Source of the DNA: Deinococcales bacterium
Lineage (GTDB): Bacteria > Deinococcota > Deinococci > Deinococcales > JAAFIG01
Length of the DNA: 17,615 nt
Assembly: GCA_043778225.1 (NCBI GenBank)
Contig: JAYWGM010000076.1
Location: 1 to 17,615, forward strand
Reading direction: 5' to 3'
The translations under genes were made by a program, and so were the position numbers. How positions within the stretch are numbered: position 1 is the first letter of the stretch; every line of letters starts with the position of its first letter. The notes below the pieces were generated by a model that saw nothing but the letters and a program-made list of their open reading frames with translations, made no database searches and was not told where the DNA came from. Shown here piece after piece: positions 1-8,860 of this stretch.

Positions 1-331
<331 letters not shown>

Positions 332-492
332 TCAGCAAGTCAAGAATGATTTTGGACTCGAGGTTATACTCGAGGTTTTTAAGCCTGATGCAGATAAACA
401 TGATTCTCGAGCAGGTCTCCCCTTTCTCGAGTCTCGCGTGGTACTGACCGCGATGAAAAAATTATAAGGCAATTGCAAAGCCTATGTTTTGC

Positions 493-1275
493 TCACGACA
501 TCACTGCGCCACCGTCTATATTGATGCCTTGCCCAGTAATCGCCGCCGCCTGATGTGAGCATAAAAAAACCACCAATGCCGCCACTTCTTCTGGGGTCAC
601 CATCCGTCCGAGTGGCACATCTTTAACCAGACTAGAAATAGCTTCTTCTCGAGAACGCCCTGTTTTTTGCATGATGTTGCCCACGGTTTGTTCGACCATT
701 TCGGTATGAACCCAGCCGGGGCAAACCGCATTGACCGTAACATTTTTGGTCGCATAATCCAGAGCCAGACTACGCGTTAAGCCCAAAAGCGCGTGTTTAC
801 TGGCATTGTAAGCCGCGCTGTAACGCAAGCCAGACTTTGCCGCAATACTGGCAATGTTGACCACTCGCCCCCAACCTTGCGAAACCATGCCATCGAGGCT
901 CAGTTGCATCAAGCGCATAGCGGCATCGACATTGATGCGTTGAATCTTTTGCCAGAGTTCGTAATCCATGCTGCTAAATTTTGTCCCCTGGGTGATGCCA
1001 GCATTATTGACCAAAATATCAAGCTGCCCAAATTCGGCAACTGCACTCGAGATAATCATACCTAGGCTCGAGAAATCCGAAATATCCGATGGCACTGCCA
1101 CGGCTCGAGCGCCAAGTGCTTTTATTTCTTCAACCAATCTTTCGAGTTCGCCAGCATTGCGGGCTGTGACCACCAGATTTGCTCCGACTTGGGCAAGCGC
1201 TAAGGCGGTAGCTCTGCCAATACCTCGAGATGCGCCAGTTACAAGGGCAGATTTACCAGATAAATCAATTTTCAT
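493..1275 (-). CDS. SDR family NAD(P)-dependent oxidoreductase (FabG / 3-hydroxybutyrate dehydrogenase-like)
   Basis: TGASRGIG Rossmann motif, NNAG, catalytic S...YNASK (YxxxK), PGWVHT, C-terminal ITGQGINIDGG; 260 aa. Confidence 0.93.
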   Translation of the reverse strand: MKIDLSGKSALVTGASRGIGRATALALAQVGANLVVTARNAGELERLVEEIKALGARAVAVPSDISDFSSLGMIISSAVAEFGQLDILVNNAGITQGTKFSSMDYELWQKIQRINVDAAMRLMQLSLDGMVSQGWGRVVNIASIAAKSGLRYSAAYNASKHALLGLTRSLALDYATKNVTVNAVCPGWVHTEMVEQTVGNIMQKTGRSREEAISSLVKDVPLGRMVTPEEVAALVVFLCSHQAAAITGQGINIDGGAVMS

Positions 1276-1320
1276 ATGCGATACAGTTTAGTACAAAAAC
1301 CCGAAAGTATGTAATACTTT

Positions 1321-1454
1321 CCGACCGAAGGGAGTAGGGAAAAGTGCTGTGACGCAAGGCTCGGAACTTTTCGGAGCGACCTGCCCAAAGGTGCGTGTAT
1401 TGGGTCAAAATGCTTGCGTAGGAAAGTGTAGGGGCTTAGCGTTCACAGCACTAG
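1321..1454. repeat. Short non-coding interspersed repeat / MITE-like element bounded by inverted repeats
   Basis: 10-bp inverted repeat AGTGCTGTGA (1343-1352) / TCACAGCACT (1443-1452), followed by AG to give a CTAG end. It starts with CCGACCGAAGGGAGTAGG, which resembles Deinococcus/Meiothermus intergenic repeat motifs as I recall them (not checked). It lies between divergent genes. Confidence 0.6.
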
Positions 1455-1494
1455 CAGATGAAACCCAAGCCATTTTACGGTATTCTTTTAGCCA

Positions 1495-1932
1495 ATGATT
1501 GACTATGCCGTGCTTTGCATCGAAAACCAAGCCGAGGGCGTGAATGCCGTCCACGAACTGCTGACCAGCGCTGAATACCATCAGGTCGCTTTAGAAATTG
1601 TGCCGGACGATAACCCAAATATTCGTCGGGTCTTACGCACCTTTGTTGAAACTCGAGCTTTCCCTTTAATTTTAACCATCGGCGGCAGTTTTATAGGTAT
1701 CAAAGAACGAATGCCTGAAGTGACCCTCGAAATCATAGAACGCCAAGTTCCAGGCTTAGCCGAGTTAATCCGCTTAGCTGGAGTCCAAAAATCACGGCGA
1801 GCCGCCTTGTGGCGTGGCGTGGCTGGCTGGAAAAATAAAAGTCTAGTGATCAATTTACCCGCCCAAGACACCAGAGTGGCACTCGAGGCAATTCTTCCAG
1901 TTTTACCATTGGCAGTCTCGAGCATCCAATAA
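1495..1932 (+). CDS. MogA/MoaB-family molybdopterin-binding domain protein, divergent active site
   Basis: IVPDD, LILTIGG, MPEVTLEIIERQVPGLAELIR, SRRAALWRGVAG and LVINLP match the MogA/MoaB pattern. GGTG is changed to GGSF and RDVTPE to KERMPE. TATTCT at 1481-1486 lies 8 nt before the ATG. Confidence 0.82.
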   Translation: MIDYAVLCIENQAEGVNAVHELLTSAEYHQVALEIVPDDNPNIRRVLRTFVETRAFPLILTIGGSFIGIKERMPEVTLEIIERQVPGLAELIRLAGVQKSRRAALWRGVAGWKNKSLVINLPAQDTRVALEAILPVLPLAVSSIQ

Positions 1933-1973
1933 GAAATTTGTCTGGCTTATCCAATAAGAAATTCTTGAGGTCT

Positions 1974-2017
1974 AGCTAAAGACCAGCTAAAACCTCCCTG
2001 ACGATTTCCTGACAATC
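1974..2017 (+). promoter_or_regulatory. Pho-box-like 11-bp phased direct repeats upstream of pstS
   Basis: AGCTAAAGACC-AGCTAAAACCT-CCCTGACGATT-TCCTGACAATC: cores CTAAA, CTAAA, CTGAC, CTGAC start at 1976, 1987, 1998 and 2009 (exact 11-bp period). TGAC(A) is the reverse complement of the PhoB TGTCA core. Confidence 0.6.
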
Positions 2018-2080
2018 GCCACGCAAGATGCCTCTAGGTACGTCCTCGAGTCTATCTCGGGTGTCCATTTGGAGGAAATT

Positions 2081-3121
2081 ATGAAGAAATTAGTCTTAGC
2101 AGGCGTGTTATTAACAGCCAGTATGGTCGCAGCCCAACAAGTCACCAACATCACCGGAAGCGGCGCGAGCTTTCCATTCCCGTTGTACACCGAAATGTTC
2201 AATGCCTACAAAACCCAAGCGGGTGTAAGCGTTAATTATGCTTCAAAAGGTTCTGGCGGCGGCAAGCGCGATATTATCAACCGCGCTGTAGACTTTGCTG
2301 GCTCAGACGCTCCATTTTCGGCATCCGAAGCAAAAGATGCTCCAGCCGAAGTGGCTTTTGTACCAATGGCACTTGGCGCAGTTGTTCCAACCTACAACTT
2401 GCCCGGCGTGACCACCAAACTTAAATTTACGGGTGCTTTACTTGCCGACATCTACATGGGCAAAGTTAAAAAGTGGAACGAAACCGCAATTGCCAGCCTC
2501 AACAAAGGTGTAAAACTTCCAGACCTTGCGATTACCCCTGTTTACCGTTCCGACGGCTCGGGTACAACCAGCATTTGGGTTGACTTCTTAGCCAAGGCTT
2601 CAGCAGATTGGGCAAAGAATGTCTCGAATGGCGCACAATCAAGCGTCAAGTTCCCAGCCGGTGTGGGCGGACCACAAAACGCAGGTGTGGCAGGTTTGGT
2701 ACGTCAGACCCCAGGAGCGCTTGGTTATGTCGAAGTGGCTTACGCCAAAGCCAATAAGCTCGAATACGGCTTGGTTCGCAACAAAACTGGTAAATTTGTA
2801 GACGGTGGCGACCTCAAAGAAGTGGCGGCTGCCTCGGATGCCGAAATTTTGCCAGCCAATGGCATTGACAGCATCACCAACTCGAGCATCGGCTACCCAA
2901 TCAGTGGTTACACTTGGATTTTGTTGTACAAAGACCAAAAATATGGCAACCGCACCAAAGCCCAAGCCCAAGCCTTGGTTGATATGATTCAATGGATGCT
3001 CTCGAGCAAGGGTCAAGAATTCCACGACAAGCTCGATTACGGACGGATTGACGGTCAAGCTGCTAAAGTCTCGAATCGTATTGTGGCTGGTATCACCTAC
3101 GGTGGTGAAGCAGTTAAGTAA
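2081..3121 (+). CDS. pstS: Phosphate ABC transporter substrate-binding protein PstS
   Basis: Signal peptide MKKLVLAGVLLTASMVAA; GSGASFPFPLY, YASKGSGGG, DFAGSD, RSDGSGTT, GALGYVE and YPISGYTW motifs. GGAGG RBS at 2071-2075 supports the ATG at 2081. Confidence 0.97.
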   Translation: MKKLVLAGVLLTASMVAAQQVTNITGSGASFPFPLYTEMFNAYKTQAGVSVNYASKGSGGGKRDIINRAVDFAGSDAPFSASEAKDAPAEVAFVPMALGAVVPTYNLPGVTTKLKFTGALLADIYMGKVKKWNETAIASLNKGVKLPDLAITPVYRSDGSGTTSIWVDFLAKASADWAKNVSNGAQSSVKFPAGVGGPQNAGVAGLVRQTPGALGYVEVAYAKANKLEYGLVRNKTGKFVDGGDLKEVAAASDAEILPANGIDSITNSSIGYPISGYTWILLYKDQKYGNRTKAQAQALVDMIQWMLSSKGQEFHDKLDYGRIDGQAAKVSNRIVAGITYGGEAVK

Positions 3122-3126
3122 GGTTA

Positions 3127-3180
3127 AAAAGGTCAAAAGGTCAAAAGGTCAAACGTAGACCTTTTGACCTTTTACTTTTA
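3127..3180 (+). terminator. Hairpin built of octamer tandem repeats after pstS (terminator or mRNA stabiliser)
   Basis: (AAAAGGTC)x3 at 3127-3150, a 7-nt loop, then (GACCTTTT)x2 at 3158-3173, giving a 16-bp perfect stem followed by ACTTTTATTCTT. Confidence 0.7.
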
Positions 3181-3182
3181 TT

Positions 3183-3203
3183 CTTGACAATTCCTTGACA
3201 TTA
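3183..3203 (+). promoter_or_regulatory. Second Pho-box-like 11-bp tandem repeat upstream of pstC
   Basis: CTTGACA at 3183 and 3194 (period 11). CTTGACAATTCCTTGACATT aligns with the pstS-upstream CCTGACGATTTCCTGACAAT. Confidence 0.55.
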
Positions 3204-3247
3204 ACAAAAGAGACTGCACCCATGAAGAATTTACCGTGGAGGAAACC

Positions 3248-4174
3248 GTGACTTCAGATGTGAAGCGTCCACGCAGCATGACCAGTGCTGCCGACAATAC
3301 CTTTAGAGGTGTGATTATTGCCCTTGCCTGTGTGATTTTAATCGCCATTTTTTTATATGGCTTGGTTTTAATCACCGGTGGTCTACCCGCGATTGCGCGT
3401 GAGGGATTTGGTTTTATTTTTGGTTTGGACTGGAATCCGGGTACAGAGAAATTTCAGGCTTTGCCTTTTATTGCGGGTTCGTTTTTTACTGGTTTTGGCG
3501 CACTGATTATTGCTGTCCCACTTTCGGTGGCGGCGGCGCTTTTTATTGTTGAATACGCCCCTAAGTGGTTGGCTGTGCCTGTTGGCTACATGATTGAGAT
3601 GCTGGCAGCCATTCCAAGCGTGGTTTACGGCTTATGGGGCATCTTTGTGCTGATTCCAGCTGTGCGCGGTTTTCAGGTCTGGTTTATTGGTGTAACAGGA
3701 GTCAACTGGATGCCTTCTGGGATTGGCTTGATGAGCGCGATTTTGGTTTTGGCAGTCATGGTTATTCCTTATGTCTGCGCGATTGCTCGAGATGTGATTC
3801 AACTTGTGCCAAACGACCAACGCGAAGCGGCTTACGCACTTGGTGCAACCAAATGGGAAGTGATTCGCTATGGAATTTTACCCTATGCTCGAGCCGGCAT
3901 TTTAGGTGGAGTTATTTTGGGGCTAGGACGCGCCATTGGCGAAACGTTAGCCGTGACCATGGTAATTGGCAACGCCAGCGAACTGGCTAAAAATCTGTTC
4001 TCGAGTACCGCCACCATGAGCAGTTTAATTGCCAGTCAATTCGGTGAAGCTGGTGGCACACAGTTATCGGCATTGATTGCTTTAGGGTTTTTACTCTTGG
4101 CTTTTAGCGTGATTGTCAATCTTGTGGCTCGAGTTGTGATTACCAAACTCACCCCAGTTGGAACGAGGTTATAA
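3248..4174 (+). CDS. pstC: Phosphate ABC transporter permease PstC
   Basis: Multiple TM segments; EMLAAIPSVVYGLWG, REAAYALGATKWE (EAA loop), GLGRAIGETLAVTMVIGN. GTG at 3248 is preferred over 3236 because GGAGG lies at 3238-3242. Confidence 0.96.
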   Translation: MTSDVKRPRSMTSAADNTFRGVIIALACVILIAIFLYGLVLITGGLPAIAREGFGFIFGLDWNPGTEKFQALPFIAGSFFTGFGALIIAVPLSVAAALFIVEYAPKWLAVPVGYMIEMLAAIPSVVYGLWGIFVLIPAVRGFQVWFIGVTGVNWMPSGIGLMSAILVLAVMVIPYVCAIARDVIQLVPNDQREAAYALGATKWEVIRYGILPYARAGILGGVILGLGRAIGETLAVTMVIGNASELAKNLFSSTATMSSLIASQFGEAGGTQLSALIALGFLLLAFSVIVNLVARVVITKLTPVGTRL

Positions 4175-5064
4175 TGACATCGGCTCAAGACCCATCGGTT
4201 AGCAAAGCCCAAGTGATTGTTCGCACCGTCTCGAGCAGCCGACAATTCCAAAATTCTTTTATGGCTGGTCTCATTGCGCTCGGCACTGGAATTGTCTTGA
4301 TTCCACTTTTTTTAATCACTGGACAAGTCATTTTTAATGGCATCAGCGCCATGAGCCTTGACTTTTTTATTCAAACTGAACGCCAAATGTCAGCGATTAC
4401 TGGCGGCGGTGGTGTACTCAATGCGATTGTTGGTACGATTTTAATGGTTGGCATTGCCTTGGTTTTGGGCTTGTTGGTCGGGATTGGCACTGGTATTTTC
4501 TTGGCTGAATTTGCCGAACACCCACTTGTACCGCTGATTCGGGTGATGTCTGATGTGCTGACGGGTATTCCAGCGATTGTGGTCGGCTTGGTGGTTTATG
4601 GCTTACTCATTGCCACCAAATTGACTGGCTACAGCGCCATTGCGGGTGGCATTGCTTTAGGTTTAATCATGATTCCGATTATTGTTCGTGCCACCGAAGA
4701 AGTCTTAAAGCTCGTGCCGAACAGCATCCGTGAAGCTGGTCTGGCTTTGGGCTTACCGCGCTGGAAAGTAACGTTAAGCATTGTGCTGCCAGCCGCCAGC
4801 AGTGGCATTATTACGGGTGCAATTCTTGGTGTGTCTCGAGTTTCTGGTGAAGCTGCACCGCTTTTATTTACCAGTCTTGGCAACCCCGATTTGGTTTGGA
4901 ATTTGTTGCAGCCAATGGGCGCAATGCCGCTTTCGGTCTATAACTTGGCTTTTAAGGCATTGACCCCAGCCCAAAATGCCCAAGCCTGGGCTGGCGCTTT
5001 GGTGTTGATGATTTTTATTCTTGGCACAAACATTCTCGCCCGCACGCTCGCCAAACAACGATAG
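4174..5064 (+). CDS. pstA: Phosphate ABC transporter permease PstA
   Basis: [26 protein letters not shown] (EAA loop), [25 protein letters not shown] stop/start overlap with pstC. Confidence 0.96.
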   Translation: MTSAQDPSVSKAQVIVRTVSSSRQFQNSFMAGLIALGTGIVLIPLFLITGQVIFNGISAMSLDFFIQTERQMSAITGGGGVLNAIVGTILMVGIALVLGLLVGIGTGIFLAEFAEHPLVPLIRVMSDVLTGIPAIVVGLVVYGLLIATKLTGYSAIAGGIALGLIMIPIIVRATEEVLKLVPNSIREAGLALGLPRWKVTLSIVLPAASSGIITGAILGVSRVSGEAAPLLFTSLGNPDLVWNLLQPMGAMPLSVYNLAFKALTPAQNAQAWAGALVLMIFILGTNILARTLAKQR

Positions 5065-5071
5065 GAGTCTT

Positions 5072-5878
5072 ATGTCGAACCCATTCAAAATAGACGTTGC
5101 CACAAGAGCCATTTCTGATGCACCGATTCGGCTTGAGGCAAAGGATGTCAGCATTTTCTACGGCGATAAAGAAGCCGTTAAAAAAGTTGGCGTGACTTTT
5201 CGCAGCAACACCGTCAATGCTTTAATCGGACCTTCAGGTTGTGGTAAAACTACTTTTTTACGTGCCATAAACCGTATGCACGACCTCACCCCCGGCGCTC
5301 GAGTCACGGGGCAAATCATGCTCGATGGCACAGACCTGTACGGCAATGGCGTAGACCCCGTGGATGTGCGCCGCCGCATCGGCATGGTTTTCCAAAAACC
5401 CAATCCATTTCCAACCATGAGCATCTACGATAATGTTGCCGCTGGCTTAAAATTGGCTGGCGAAACCAACAAAGCCAAACTCGATACAGTGGTTGAAAAA
5501 TCCTTGCGCGGCGCAGCCCTATGGGATGAAGTCAAAGACCGTCTCAAAGCCCCTGGTGCAAGTCTGTCGGGCGGTCAGCAACAACGCCTTTGTATTGCTA
5601 GGGCATTAGCAGTAGACCCGGAAATTTTGCTGATGGACGAGCCAACCAGTGCGCTTGACCCACAAAGCACCGCCCGCATCGAAGATTTGATGGAAAGCCT
5701 CAAAGAACAAGTCACGATTGTGATTGTGACCCACAATATGCAGCAGGCTTCTCGAGTCTCGGACACCACCAGTTTCTTTTTGGTCGGCGATTTGGTCGAA
5801 CACAGTCCCACCGCCCAGATGTTTACCACCCCAAAAGACCAGCGTACCGAAGCCTATATCAGTGGGAAATTCGGCTAA
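5072..5878 (+). CDS. pstB: Phosphate ABC transporter ATP-binding protein PstB
   Basis: Walker [74 protein letters not shown] at 5063-5067 supports the ATG at 5072. Confidence 0.98.
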   Translation: MSNPFKIDVATRAISDAPIRLEAKDVSIFYGDKEAVKKVGVTFRSNTVNALIGPSGCGKTTFLRAINRMHDLTPGARVTGQIMLDGTDLYGNGVDPVDVRRRIGMVFQKPNPFPTMSIYDNVAAGLKLAGETNKAKLDTVVEKSLRGAALWDEVKDRLKAPGASLSGGQQQRLCIARALAVDPEILLMDEPTSALDPQSTARIEDLMESLKEQVTIVIVTHNMQQASRVSDTTSFFLVGDLVEHSPTAQMFTTPKDQRTEAYISGKFG

Positions 5879-5887
5879 AGAGGGGCT

Positions 5888-5969
5888 AGGGTAAAAAGGA
5901 AAAAAGTAAAAAAGGTTAAAAGTAAAGACCTAAACTTTTTCCCTTTTCACCCTTTAACCTTTTCACCCT
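5888..5969 (+). repeat. Degenerate octamer tandem repeats in inverted arrangement (imperfect hairpin) between pstB and phoU
   Basis: Purine arm AGGGTAAA AAGGAAAA AAGTAAAA AAGGTTAA AAGTAAAG (5888-5927); pyrimidine arm TTTCCCTT TTCACCCT TTAACCTT TTCACCCT (5938-5969). Confidence 0.65.
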
Positions 5970-5975
5970 GCCCTT

Positions 5976-6590
5976 ATGACCCACCTCGAGACTGAACTCA
6001 AAGACATCAAACGTGAACTGCTTTTGGGCATGAATCGCGCCCGAAATGCGGTCGTGTTGAGCGGTCAGGCGTTGCTCGAGCAGAGCAGCAAAAAAGCCGA
6101 ACGCGCCCGAAGCATGGCTTTGGAAATTGAGCATTTTCGAGCTGTTCTCGAGGATAAATGCTTAATGGCATTTTCTAAACACCAATTGATGGCTGGTGAT
6201 GCCCGCTTTGTGGCGTTTGTTCTCTCGAGTTTAACCGATTTAGAACGCAGTGGCGATTATGCCGCCCATATTGCCGAGGATGCGATACTGGCTCGAGGAC
6301 ACCTAGAAACACTGCACAGGCTATTTGAGAAACTGGCACAGATGCTCGAACGCCTGAGCTTGGCACTGGAGCGCGAAGATGCAGTGCTGGCTCGAGAAGT
6401 GGCTGCCGAAGATATAATTGTAGACCAACTGATTGAGGGTGCAACCCAACGGGTGATTTCTGGATTTGGCGACTTGCCACTCGAGACGGGCTTGGCTTCG
6501 TTGCGGGTGCTGCGAAGCGCCCAACGGATTGGCGACCACCTCGAGAACATCGCTGAGCGCCTTGGCTTTGCAATTTCGGGGCAACGGTAA
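5976..6590 (+). CDS. phoU: Phosphate signalling/uptake regulator PhoU
   Basis: Two PhoU repeats (LTDLERSGDYAAHIAE; AQRIGDHLENIAE), all-helical, directly after pstB. Confidence 0.93.
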   Translation: MTHLETELKDIKRELLLGMNRARNAVVLSGQALLEQSSKKAERARSMALEIEHFRAVLEDKCLMAFSKHQLMAGDARFVAFVLSSLTDLERSGDYAAHIAEDAILARGHLETLHRLFEKLAQMLERLSLALEREDAVLAREVAAEDIIVDQLIEGATQRVISGFGDLPLETGLASLRVLRSAQRIGDHLENIAERLGFAISGQR

Positions 6591-6679
6591 CGATACAGGA
6601 TTCGCCCTGTAGGAAGAGATAATTTGGTATTGTCCTGAGAAATGTTCCGAACTATTGTTTAGATAGATTAGGAGCGATT

Positions 6680-7231
6680 TTATGCTTCAACCCTCGAGTA
6701 AATCCCGCTTTCTCGAGTCAGTAAACCTAGTCCAATCAGTTCACGGCGCAATGTTGCAAAGTCATCGTGAAACTCGAGGATGATGTTGTTGACTTCTTTT
6801 TCTGGGTAAGCCTTATCGAATTCAAAACTCTGCACTATTTTCTCGAGAACAATGTCGCGTTTTTTGCGTTGGGCTGGAATTTGGGTCAAGCGCCCATGCT
6901 TAAAAAAATCGCGCAGTACCTTGCTACGAAACGGGTCAGCACTTGTAGAAAAATTCTGCACACCGACAAAAATAATATCCTCGATTTTTTGCTCGAGTAA
7001 CACACTTTTAAGTTTGTAGTTCTGGTAATACTGACTGCGCTCAGGCTCGAGCAAACCTGCATCGGAAAGTAAACTGAGGTGGTGCGAAATGGTGGCTTTA
7101 GACAGTTTGAGAATCCCAGCGATTTCTTCGGTATGACGCGGTTTTTGTTTGCATAAGCCCAGAATTAAAAGCCGCGAAGGATGTGCCAATGCCTTAAAAA
7201 AATCGGCTTGTGATTCTAATTTAGACATCAT
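6680..7231 (-). CDS. ArsR/SmtB-family HTH regulator fused to a C-terminal DUF2087-like domain
   Basis: FFKALAHPSRLLIL...LSKATISHHLSLLSDAGLL (ArsR HTH). The C-terminal GRLTQIPAQRKKR...YPEKEVN...DDFATLRRELIGLGLLTRE matches DUF2087. Confidence 0.88.
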   Translation of the reverse strand: MMSKLESQADFFKALAHPSRLLILGLCKQKPRHTEEIAGILKLSKATISHHLSLLSDAGLLEPERSQYYQNYKLKSVLLEQKIEDIIFVGVQNFSTSADPFRSKVLRDFFKHGRLTQIPAQRKKRDIVLEKIVQSFEFDKAYPEKEVNNIILEFHDDFATLRRELIGLGLLTRESGIYSRVEA

Positions 7232-7463
7232 TCCAATTCCCTTCTGGTTTGACTTTTAAGGCAACTTTATACGACCCAGAAAACATCATCCGAGCCGCCT
7301 TTAAGACCTCGAGCTTGATTTGCTGTTTAATGATTGCCTCGCTGTCCTGCGCGGCTCGAGCCACCTCGAGTTGACGCTTAAAGCTCTTGGCTACGTGTCG
7401 TGTCAGTTTATCGAATTGGGCAGCAACTTTGACGGCGGCTTGTAAGTTTGATTCGGTATTCAT
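7221..7463 (-). CDS. Small helical hypothetical protein (80 aa) coupled to the ArsR gene
   Basis: ATG directly downstream of a good sigma70-type promoter; overlaps the ArsR start by 11 nt; amphipathic-helix-like composition. Confidence 0.72.
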   Translation of the reverse strand: MNTESNLQAAVKVAAQFDKLTRHVAKSFKRQLEVARAAQDSEAIIKQQIKLEVLKAARMMFSGSYKVALKVKPEGNWNDV

Positions 7464-7471
7464 AGAATCAG

Positions 7472-7500
7472 ACGATAGTCTCTTATTTGAAGTTTGTCAA
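7472..7500 (-). promoter_or_regulatory. Sigma70-type promoter, probably giving a leaderless transcript
   Basis: Minus strand TTGACA (7500-7495), N17, TATCGT (7477-7472), N8, ATG (7463); no RBS. Confidence 0.7.
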
Positions 7501-7595
7501 ATCAGTTAAATGGCGTATTTCCATACTTTCTGGTTTGATAAGGTTTTAAGGTTCTACAAACACTGGGAGATACCTAAAAATTATGTTGGACACGC

Positions 7596-8627
7596 TCACA
7601 ACAAACGCAGTGCGGTATCAATTTCTTTGAGTATCTGCCAAACCCCGTTGGTTGTATTTGAGATGATTGTACTTTGTAGATTTTTTGCTCGATTAACTCG
7701 AGACCGAAACGAAACCCCAGCATCACCACCCAAGATATAGGCTTCGCGGTTTTGGGTTTCGTTCTCGTGAAGCCAAAGTCCATAACCATAATAGGTATTT
7801 TCGCCTTCTGATGGGGTTTTTACCGAAGGTTGAGTATAGATTTCGACCAATTCTTTAGACAAAATCTGAAAATCAAAAAAAGCCTTCCATAACACTGTTA
7901 AATCCTGAACAGTTGTAAAGACACCACCATCAGCACCACCAACAATTGGAAGATTGTAGATATTGGTACGCCAACCTGTTGCATCGTCCAAGTAGCCCAA
8001 AGCTGTTTTTTCGGGGAGTTTATTAAGCCAAAAAAATCCTGATTGTTTCATGCCAGTCGGTTGCAAAATTTCTTGTTCGACATAATCTTGGTAGTTCATA
8101 CCAGTTATTTCTTCAATCACCAGACCCAAGACAATATATCCACCATTGCAATAAGAAAACTGCGTTCCGGGCATGAATTTCATGGGTTCATCGGGAAAGG
8201 TTGGCAAATAATCCTGCAATGTTTTTAAGGCATAAGATGGCACATGAAGCGCAAAATTATCGAAATTAGTTATTTTTTCTTCATCATAATAATCAGGAAT
8301 GCCCGATGTGTGATTCAATAACTGTCCAATCGTAATTTCTGGTGAATAATTCGGGAACGGATGGGCAAGACAGTCCTTTAATTTTGTTGAAAGCGATAAT
8401 TTTTTTGCATCAATCAGTTGACCAATAGCCAGCGCCGTCAGAAACTTTGTTCCAGAAGCAATTCCAAAACGAGTATTGAGGTCATTCTCGAGTTTATTGC
8501 TGCGGTCGGCGTACCCAAAGGCTTTTTCATACAGTATTGTCTCCTGCCAACGGACAGAAACGACCCCAGAAAAAGATTTAGCTTCAATGACTTTATCCAA
8601 TACTTTTGTGAATTCGATTTGCTCCAT
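7596..8627 (-). CDS. Serine hydrolase, beta-lactamase/AmpC-like (PF00144-type), cytoplasmic
   Basis: FGIASGTK (SxxK), LLNHTSGI, PGTQFSYCNGGY (YxN), GGADGG, YGYGLW; no signal peptide. AGGAG RBS at 8638-8634. Confidence 0.9.
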   Translation of the reverse strand: MEQIEFTKVLDKVIEAKSFSGVVSVRWQETILYEKAFGYADRSNKLENDLNTRFGIASGTKFLTALAIGQLIDAKKLSLSTKLKDCLAHPFPNYSPEITIGQLLNHTSGIPDYYDEEKITNFDNFALHVPSYALKTLQDYLPTFPDEPMKFMPGTQFSYCNGGYIVLGLVIEEITGMNYQDYVEQEILQPTGMKQSGFFWLNKLPEKTALGYLDDATGWRTNIYNLPIVGGADGGVFTTVQDLTVLWKAFFDFQILSKELVEIYTQPSVKTPSEGENTYYGYGLWLHENETQNREAYILGGDAGVSFRSRVNRAKNLQSTIISNTTNGVWQILKEIDTALRLL

Positions 8628-8860
8628 AAAATGCTCCTCTACCTATGAAACCGCAGTGTCAAAAGTATATGTGAAGGCTATAACTATGAAGCGAATGATG
8701 ACAATTCGCCTTTTGGCTTATGAGATTGGAGGTAAGTTCGGTTATGACAGCAAAGCACAAAATTATGCCAACCTTGAACTCGAGCCAAAACCCCTTGTCC
8801 CAAAAGTTAAGACCAACAAGAACAAAATGCTAAAAAAAACGTATCAAACTTCAAAATAGT

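Noticed and set aside
1321..1454. Moco riboswitch upstream of the mogA-like gene
   Set aside because: I could not match a Moco RNA motif; terminal IRs and repeat-like motifs fit an interspersed repeat better. An Rfam scan would settle it.
3127..3173. CRISPR-like array
   Set aside because: Units are 8 bp, contiguous and without spacers; no cas genes nearby.
6594..6611. Hairpin TACAGG-N6-CCTGTA after phoU as a terminator
   Set aside because: Only a 6-bp stem and no U-tract on either strand.
8476..8859. 127-aa plus-strand ORF, and a hydrophobic minus-strand fragment near 8775-8845
   Set aside because: The ORF overlaps the serine hydrolase antisense and has no motifs. The minus-strand fragment has no in-frame start.
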